From positions 24,056,001 to 24,120,000 of the forward strand of contig OY740810.1 in assembly GCA_963514005.1 (NCBI GenBank): 64,000 bases of DNA, in the 5' to 3' direction. The translations under genes and the position numbers were made by a program. Under the pieces are notes generated by a model. That model saw only the letters and a list, made by a program, of their open reading frames with translations. It did no database searches and had not been told where the DNA came from. Positions 61,201 to 64,000 of the stretch are shown here, in pieces; within the stretch, counting starts at the first letter, position 1; every line of letters begins with the position of its first letter. Source of the stretch: Raja brachyura. Lineage: Eukaryota.

Positions 61201-61795
61201 AAAAATTGTCAGAATCAGCAATGTTTCAGAACGTTTAAAAAAATGATAGTAAATGGGATAATTAATTCAGATGTTTTGAGAAAACAGACAGTTTAAAGCA
61301 GAGACATTTCGAAGAACTGAATGTCAAGTTCAACAGTGCGAGTTCTTTCTGCAGCGTAAAACTTAAACATTGTTTTTAAACTAGTGTCAACAAGATTTTG
61401 TATTATGTCATAACATCTCGAAGCAAGAATTCATCCATTTATTCCAAGTCAAATCTTCCTATTGTACTTTAATAACACAATTAAGTGACATGGACATTAT
61501 ATAACTTTTCCACTGAGATAAGTTGTAAGATTCATATGTTCAGAATATAGATTTGGCTTACACCTGGAACTTCAAAAATTACTTTTGTTATAAAATACAG
61601 TTAATAAAACAAGTATGGGGTTAGCTTGATTTACAAAGATTTTGGTGCCATGTATAAACATCACCGTACTATGGTCTGTGCCCGCGCAGAACTCGATATG
61701 CCACCTCAACATATTAACAGTTAAAAAGTGAATGTTACCTTGTTGAAAATTCTCCAGGCTGATTCTAATTTTTTATGCAGATGCATCAAATCCAT
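942..61795 (-). CDS. SBNO2: Strawberry notch homolog 2, spliced multi-exon CDS (28 constitutive exons plus a probable alternative first exon; canonical 5' exons lie outside the window)
   Basis: Exons have GT-AG ends and consistent phases, and translate to SBNO motifs: [74 protein letters not shown]2-specific features are [16 protein letters not shown] and the C-terminal RQSVIQF. Confidence 0.95.
1960..2260 (+). mobile_element. LINE 3' end fragment (Rex/L2-like); related fragments near 2430-2625, 28500-28765 and 31070-31150
   Basis: Shared tail ...aagcttttcactgtacctcggtaca..gacaataaac(taa)n in several copies. Confidence 0.6.
3505..3687 (+). mobile_element. CR1 LINE 3' end
   Basis: Matches the 3' UTR of the CR1 at 49490-49648; (TTTCTATG)n tail; internal 17-nt duplication. 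Confidence 0.8.
3803..3993 (-). CDS. SBNO2: SBNO2 exon ([33 protein letters not shown]...[11 protein letters not shown])
   Basis: ccag|...|gtaagt, 191 nt, homology to the SBNO C-terminal domain. Confidence 0.93.
4903..5478 (-). mobile_element. CR1 3' end interrupted by a MITE
   Basis: ggagcagaatta / ggcattcggccc halves rejoin across the MITE. Confidence 0.7.
4926..5255. mobile_element. PIF/Harbinger-like MITE
   Basis: About 45-bp TIRs AAGCCCTGTCCCA...TGGGACAGGGCTT; TTA/TCA 3-bp target duplication. Confidence 0.8.
5810..5886 (-). CDS. SBNO2: SBNO2 exon ([26 protein letters not shown])
   Basis: aag|...|gtaag, 77 nt, phase fits. Confidence 0.9.
6445..6733 (+). mobile_element. tRNA-derived SINE (HE1-like)
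   Basis: A box TGGCGCAGCGG, B box GGTTCGATCC, CR1-like 3' tail ctaaactaa. Confidence 0.85.
6761..6892 (-). CDS. SBNO2: SBNO2 exon ([13 protein letters not shown]...YKPNIGKQ...RRKYKR)
   Basis: cag|...|gtaagt, 132 nt. Confidence 0.9.
7130..8560 (-). mobile_element. Old degenerate LINE fragments
   Basis: LINE-like composition and broken reading frames; family not resolved. Confidence 0.35.
8847..8939 (-). CDS. SBNO2: SBNO2 exon ([13 protein letters not shown]...DGFYISHK)
   Basis: gcag|...|gtgagt, 93 nt. Confidence 0.93.
8985..9400 (+). mobile_element. Degenerate CR1 RT fragment
   Basis: Remnants of KCEVxHFGxSN and QRDLG motifs. Confidence 0.65.
9885..9979 (-). CDS. SBNO2: SBNO2 exon ([12 protein letters not shown]...[13 protein letters not shown])
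   Basis: cag|...|gtaaa, 95 nt. Confidence 0.93.
10040..10830 (+). mobile_element. Rex/Babar- or L2-like LINE 3' fragment with an embedded CR1 3' piece; related fragments near 14500-14700, 47215-47390 (-) and 54915-55000
   Basis: GRRYRSL...RFKNSFFxxAxRxLN C-terminal motif; cttga-type tail. Confidence 0.65.
10907..12348 (+). mobile_element. Tc1 DNA transposon, degenerate, left TIR truncated
   Basis: Transposase remnants KVLWTDE and [12 protein letters not shown]; right TIR ends ...tactg|TA. Confidence 0.92.
12690..13648 (+). mobile_element. Non-autonomous non-LTR-type element with an internal minisatellite and (ATTCA)n tail
   Basis: GC-rich body, 3' stem-loop TTCAGACC-GAAA-GGTCTGAA, AATAAA and pentamer tail. 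Confidence 0.55.
12970..13355. repeat. GC-rich minisatellite, 35-36 bp unit, about 10 copies
   Basis: Unit GAGCTGCGGTGCTCCAGCGGCGGCCTGGCTTTCGG. Confidence 0.95.
13859..14002 (-). CDS. SBNO2: SBNO2 exon ([25 protein letters not shown]...YDMGIL)
   Basis: cag|...|gtatg, 144 nt. Confidence 0.95.
14783..14857 (-). CDS. SBNO2: SBNO2 exon ([25 protein letters not shown])
   Basis: cag|...|gtaag, 75 nt. Confidence 0.9.
15115..15223 (-). CDS. SBNO2: SBNO2 exon ([24 protein letters not shown]...)
   Basis: cag|...|gtaaa, 109 nt. Confidence 0.9.
15430..15775 (-). mobile_element. Penelope-like element fragment
   Basis: Similar to the copies at 23043 and 55249. Confidence 0.6.
15899..15970 (-). CDS. SBNO2: SBNO2 exon ([24 protein letters not shown])
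   Basis: cag|...|gtaat, 72 nt. Confidence 0.95.
16100..16350 (+). mobile_element. CR1 3' fragment; similar one at 25530-25745
   Basis: TRGHSxK-like remnant and CR1 3' UTR. Confidence 0.6.
16749..17024 (-). mobile_element. tRNA-derived SINE (HE1-like)
   Basis: Reverse complement of the 6445 family. Confidence 0.85.
17167..17279 (-). CDS. SBNO2: SBNO2 exon ([38 protein letters not shown])
   Basis: cag|...|gtaat, 113 nt, helicase-C motif VI-like. Confidence 0.95.
17933..17984 (-). pseudogene. 3' 52 nt of mature tRNA-Leu(CAA) including CCA, forming an extended PBS
   Basis: Reverse complement AAGTTCTGGTCTCCGATTGGAGGCGTGGGTTCGTATCCTGCTTCTGACACCA matches the 3' half of vertebrate tRNA-Leu(CAA) as I recall it. 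Confidence 0.8.
17980..18460 (+). pseudogene. Gypsy integrase C-terminal remnant
   Basis: [11 protein letters not shown] / [15 protein letters not shown]...GSPAQRL...PRSYIV, with a frameshift and a stop. Confidence 0.8.
19226..19361 (-). CDS. SBNO2: SBNO2 exon ([18 protein letters not shown]...[14 protein letters not shown])
   Basis: aag|...|gtaag, 136 nt. Confidence 0.95.
19551..19866 (-). mobile_element. tRNA-derived SINE (HE1-like)
   Basis: Family similarity. Confidence 0.8.
19958..20089 (-). CDS. SBNO2: SBNO2 exon ([16 protein letters not shown]...[10 protein letters not shown])
   Basis: tag|...|gtagg, 132 nt. Confidence 0.95.
20935..21252 (-). mobile_element. tRNA-derived SINE (HE1-like)
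   Basis: Family similarity. Confidence 0.85.
21450..21583 (-). CDS. SBNO2: SBNO2 exon ([10 protein letters not shown]...[22 protein letters not shown]); NAGNAG acceptor
   Basis: catCAG|CAG...|gtaat, 134 or 131 nt. Confidence 0.9.
22713..22916 (-). CDS. SBNO2: SBNO2 acidic, low-complexity linker exon (KPPSRPSK...[12 protein letters not shown]...MEK)
   Basis: tag|...|gtact, 204 nt, phase 1-1, resembles the SBNO2 DSDxNSSP linker. Confidence 0.8.
23043..23392 (-). mobile_element. Penelope-like element terminal fragment with a hammerhead-like core
   Basis: Minus strand CTGAAGAAGGGTCTCGACCCGAAACATC; recurrent family in the window. Confidence 0.7.
23932..24210 (+). mobile_element. tRNA-derived SINE (HE1-like)
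   Basis: A and B boxes, ctaaactaaa tail. Confidence 0.85.
24567..24649 (-). CDS. SBNO2: SBNO2 exon ([27 protein letters not shown]), basic NLS-like stretch
   Basis: cag|...|gtaag, 83 nt. Confidence 0.92.
24905..25435 (+). mobile_element. Internally deleted Tc1 element
   Basis: TA|CAGTGCCCTCC...GGAGGGCACTG|TA; C-terminal [13 protein letters not shown]. Confidence 0.92.
25765..26130. mobile_element. Harbinger-like MITE fragment (right TIR only)
   Basis: Ends TAAGTGGGACAGGCCCA|TTA; internal GGCGAC/GTCGCC motifs. Confidence 0.65.
27955..28052 (-). CDS. SBNO2: SBNO2 exon ([33 protein letters not shown])
   Basis: cag|...|gtaag, 98 nt. Confidence 0.95.
29274..29450 (-). CDS. SBNO2: SBNO2 exon (WADAMNIF...[22 protein letters not shown]...GK)
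   Basis: tag|...|gtgag, 177 nt. Confidence 0.95.
31253..31406 (-). CDS. SBNO2: SBNO2 exon ([25 protein letters not shown]...YNKAAVL)
   Basis: tag|...|gtaag, 154 nt. Confidence 0.95.
33854..34130 (+). mobile_element. tRNA-derived SINE (HE1-like)
   Basis: Family similarity. Confidence 0.85.
36457..36562 (-). CDS. SBNO2: SBNO2 exon ([23 protein letters not shown]...AIEKR)
   Basis: aag|...|gtgag, 106 nt. Confidence 0.95.
36627..38264 (-). mobile_element. Near full-length Tc1 transposon (about 1.64 kb), transposase pseudogene on the minus strand
   Basis: About 220-bp IR/DR TIRs; [10 protein letters not shown] and LDNDPKH motifs; TA at the right flank. Confidence 0.93.
38345..39720 (-). mobile_element. 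Degenerate CR1 fragments (3' UTR, RT and endonuclease remnants)
   Basis: CR1-like motif remnants on the minus strand. Confidence 0.55.
39921..40056 (-). CDS. SBNO2: SBNO2 exon with DExH box ([24 protein letters not shown]...VVYASAT)
   Basis: ttag|...|gtatg, 136 nt. Confidence 0.95.
40057..40766 (-). other. U12-type (minor spliceosome) GT-AG intron
   Basis: 5' splice site GTATCCTTT (40766-40758); branch site TTCCTTGAC (40078-40070) just upstream of the AG; no long pyrimidine tract. Confidence 0.88.
40767..40910 (-). CDS. SBNO2: SBNO2 exon ([33 protein letters not shown]...FDGV)
   Basis: cag|...|gtatcc, 144 nt. Confidence 0.95.
41427..41514 (-). CDS. SBNO2: SBNO2 exon ([29 protein letters not shown])
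   Basis: tag|...|gtatg, 88 nt. Confidence 0.95.
41739..42070 (-). mobile_element. tRNA-derived SINE (HE1-like)
   Basis: Family similarity. Confidence 0.85.
42323..42456 (-). CDS. SBNO2: SBNO2 exon with P-loop (QHEILL...[20 protein letters not shown]...KKSLW)
   Basis: tag|...|gtaag, 134 nt. Confidence 0.95.
43158..43252 (-). mobile_element. Short Penelope-like terminal fragment with an intact hammerhead-like core; near-identical copy at 40355-40451
   Basis: Minus strand CTGAAGAAGGGTTTCGGCCCGAAACGTT. Confidence 0.7.
43775..44110 (-). mobile_element. Penelope-like element fragment
   Basis: Family similarity. Confidence 0.6.
44242..44402 (-). CDS. SBNO2: SBNO2 exon ([22 protein letters not shown]...[14 protein letters not shown])
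   Basis: cag|...|gtata, 161 nt. Confidence 0.95.
45534..45630 (-). CDS. SBNO2: SBNO2 exon ([32 protein letters not shown])
   Basis: cag|...|gtaag, 97 nt. Confidence 0.93.
46811..46885 (-). CDS. SBNO2: SBNO2 exon ([25 protein letters not shown]), poorly conserved N-terminal region
   Basis: cag|...CAG|gtaat, 75 nt, phase 0-0, at the position expected between the DSSYF exon and the acidic exon. Confidence 0.65.
47495..50239 (+). mobile_element. Tc1 transposon with a nested CR1 insertion
   Basis: TA|CAGTGCCC...ACACTG|TA; transposase halves on both sides of the CR1. Confidence 0.92.
48497..49648 (+). mobile_element. 5'-truncated CR1 LINE with an open RT C-terminal frame
   Basis: [24 protein letters not shown] and TRGHSL motifs; (TTTCTATG)n tail; flanking AAATGC duplication. 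Confidence 0.95.
50340..50474 (-). CDS. SBNO2: SBNO2 exon ([26 protein letters not shown]...SIWD...)
   Basis: Strong acceptor ttttgtgtgtttgcag|, donor GAG|gtcagt, matches SBNO2 DSSYFEDF...SLSDIVDT. Confidence 0.85.
51397..51754. mobile_element. Harbinger-like foldback MITE
   Basis: AGGGCCTGTCCCAC TIR; inverted arms extend over most of the element. Confidence 0.8.
51757..52323. mobile_element. Second Harbinger-like MITE abutting the first
   Basis: TTA|AGGGCCTGTCC...GGGACAGGCCTT|TTA; internal 24-bp repeats. Confidence 0.75.
53220..53530. promoter_or_regulatory. Intronic GC/CpG-rich segment, candidate internal promoter or enhancer
   Basis: High CpG density in an AT-rich intron; TGCGCATGC motif; strong minus-strand donor TG|GTAAGG at 53133. 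Confidence 0.35.
53921..54228 (-). mobile_element. tRNA-derived SINE (HE1-like), well preserved
   Basis: Intact A and B boxes and tail. Confidence 0.88.
55249..55582 (-). mobile_element. Penelope-like element terminal fragment
   Basis: Family similarity with 23043. Confidence 0.65.
56640..56830 (+). pseudogene. Penelope-like ORF remnant (region C-terminal to the RT core)
   Basis: [18 protein letters not shown]...[13 protein letters not shown]...HGFP resembles the PLE DYxSxHP..K.sIP.SQFLR...F..RG(Y/F)P motif. Confidence 0.5.
57217..57505 (+). mobile_element. tRNA-derived SINE (HE1-like)
   Basis: Family similarity. Confidence 0.82.
57836..58607 (-). mobile_element. 5'-truncated CR1 LINE
   Basis: [24 protein letters not shown] and GDLIETYKI, with frameshifts. 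Confidence 0.92.
59690..60150. mobile_element. CR1 3' fragments in opposite orientations
   Basis: [11 protein letters not shown] on the minus strand; plus-strand 3' UTR piece before it. Confidence 0.7.
61739..61795 (-). CDS. SBNO2: Probable alternative first coding exon of SBNO2 ([19 protein letters not shown])
   Basis: ATG in GGAATGG context with an upstream in-frame TGA; ends AAG|gtaac in phase 0, in frame with the DSSYF exon. Confidence 0.55.
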
Positions 61796-63005
61796 TCCAA
61801 GCAAAGCTCAGAAATGTTTACATTCACAACAATGGAAGAAGGTAGTACCATTAAAAAGCAACTTCTTCATATTAAGGAGCGGGGGAAAAAACACACTGGG
61901 AGGCTCCACCTTTTACTGTTCCCACTATTTGCATATCTGACCAAAGGTTAGTCATCTGTCTGCCTTAACACCCGCTTTAAGGAAGAGAATATTTACAGGA
62001 AATGATGCACATTTGGTAAGCAGAATTACCGACAGTCATGTGCCACTTACTGTAAACTACAGAGTTTAACCACTGCAGCTCCAAACAAATTGGTAAAAGT
62101 AGTTACAAACTAAAGGCTCAGATGGAAATTTTTGAATTGTTCATAATTTATTTATGTGTTTACTTGAAAACTTTGCCATTTTCTTTTCTATTCTTAAATA
62201 ATCATAAAACTATCATTTTAATATCAATACAATGACTAATAAAGTTATTACAATTAAAATAATTTCTTGTTCAAAAGACAATTTTAGATAAAAATATATA
62301 TTTTTTTTATTTCAGTTCAGGTAAATAGATCATTCAAATTAGTCAACCAAATGGGGAACACATAAAAATCAAGGAAGAACTGAATAAATTCCAAGGTAAA
62401 ACAAGCGTATGGCAGGCCCTGATCAAATACAACACTTCTCCATGTTCTCCAGAGATGCTGCCTGACCCGTTGAGTTACTGCAGCAGTTTGTGCCCTTTTT
62501 TGTGAATCAGCATCTGCGGTTCCTTGTTTCTACTTTCTCTACAATTTCAATTTACTTTTGTGATCTCTTTTGCAATATACAGAATACTTAACTGATTTCG
62601 GAGCAAGTCATTTAACTGGATTAACGAACCCGAATTAATATTGTGCTCATCTATTTAAGAATCGGAGTAAAACTCCGTAATATAGCAATAGATACAGACA
62701 ACTCAGTGATTTCCGGTTAATATTTACATGGTTCCTTTTGGATTTGCATATTGTATATACGAGGTAACGATTAGACATTTGGGCCTGCTACATGGCTGCT
62801 TTGGACATTGAGCAGGAAAAGTGATATCGGGCATGCTAACTTTTAAGCAAATATGTAAAAGGAAAAATATACATGAAAGGGTGGGATTAGTATGAATGGA
62901 GCGAAGGGCCTGGTTCCATCGTGTATGTTTCTGTGACTCGAGCAACCAGTTACACTTCCCACTCCATCCTCATGAAGAAGAACATTGCAAGAACACAAAC
63001 ATAAA

Positions 63006-63462
63006 TACCGTATTTCCCGGCATTGAATGAAGACCCCTATTTTGAGTTGCTACATTTTGAAAAAAGGCTGGCGGGACATAGAATTTCTCACGCTCAAAAA
63101 TAATTTCTAGCCCCCTCCCTCTCTGCCCCCCCCCCCCCCCCCCCACCACAACGGGCAGGGGACGGGTGCGTTTTGCAGCCTGGAGCGAGGGATTATTGCG
63201 TTCGGGAACCAGTCCCCCCCCCCTCTGACGACGCGTCCCCCCCAACCCTAAAACTCTACCCCCTCCCTCTCTGCCACCATCACGCCCCCTCTCCCCTCCC
63301 TTCTCTCTCGCAACCCCTCCCTCCCCCCCTGTGCCTCGGTGTCCATCTTTGTGCCTCTGTGTCCGTCTCTGTGTCCCTCTAGCTGCACCTGCGAGTTGGG
63401 GGCTTTATGTGAGTGCATAGGGTAAAAGGAGTGAATGAATAATATTCATATAATATCAATTG
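63006..63462. mobile_element. Probable Tc2/pogo-like DNA transposon end running into the gap
   Basis: TA|CCGTATTTCCCGG terminus typical of pogo/Tc2-type TIRs, followed by C-rich low-complexity sequence. Confidence 0.4.
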
Positions 63463-63802
63463 NNNNNNNNNNNNNNNNNNNNNNNNNNNNNNNNNNNNNN
63501 NNNNNNNNNNNNNNNNNNNNNNNNNNNNNNNNNNNNNNNNNNNNNNNNNNNNNNNNNNNNNNNNNNNNNNNNNNNNNNNNNNNNNNNNNNNNNNNNNNNN
63601 NNNNNNNNNNNNNNNNNNNNNNNNNNNNNNNNNNNNNNNNNNNNNNNNNNNNNNNNNNNNNNNNNNNNNNNNNNNNNNNNNNNNNNNNNNNNNNNNNNNN
63701 NNNNNNNNNNNNNNNNNNNNNNNNNNNNNNNNNNNNNNNNNNNNNNNNNNNNNNNNNNNNNNNNNNNNNNNNNNNNNNNNNNNNNNNNNNNNNNNNNNNN
63801 NN
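63463..63802. other. Assembly gap (340 N)
   Basis: Run of N. Confidence 1.
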
Positions 63803-64000
63803 CGCCCCCTCCCACCGCAACCGGGGACAGGGCCGATCGGGTTCCACAACATCTAGTTAAATTTAAAAACCTCAATACCATCAACAACAAAGCAACCTTT
63901 CACCATCCAACAAATTCACTCCTTCCACACTACGTATCCTATGCATCGTCTACAAAAAACGTTATTAGCAACTTCGAAAATTCTGTTCGAAAGCCCCTTA

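Noticed and set aside
63379-63890. ORFs containing runs of X
   Set aside because: Artefacts of the N gap.
1-64000. Prokaryotic-type systems (operons, CRISPR, defence islands)
   Set aside because: The sequence is an intron-rich vertebrate locus and nothing supports such features.

Overview
Vertebrate genomic DNA. The tRNA-derived SINE, CR1 and Penelope-like repeat landscape suggests a cartilaginous fish such as a skate or ray (inference). Most of the window is one minus-strand gene, strawberry notch homolog 2 (SBNO2). I read 28 phase-consistent coding exons from 50474 to the stop at 942 (3618 nt, about 1205 aa), plus a probable alternative first coding exon at 61739-61795 ([19 protein letters not shown]). 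The canonical N-terminal exons are not in the window. One intron (40057-40766) is U12-type. The introns carry four Tc1 (DD34E, IR/DR) copies, CR1 and Rex/L2-like LINE fragments, about ten tRNA-derived SINEs, PIF/Harbinger-like MITEs, Penelope-like fragments with minimal hammerhead-ribozyme cores, a 35-bp minisatellite element and a deleted Gypsy LTR element. The most unusual signal is in the Gypsy element. Its primer-binding site continues as a 52-nt copy of mature tRNA-Leu(CAA), has a mismatch exactly at tRNA position 58, and is fused by apparent microhomology to the integrase core. There is an assembly gap at 63463-63802. Most ORF-track entries are spurious. Repeat boundaries are approximate and family names come from recalled consensus features, not from searches.
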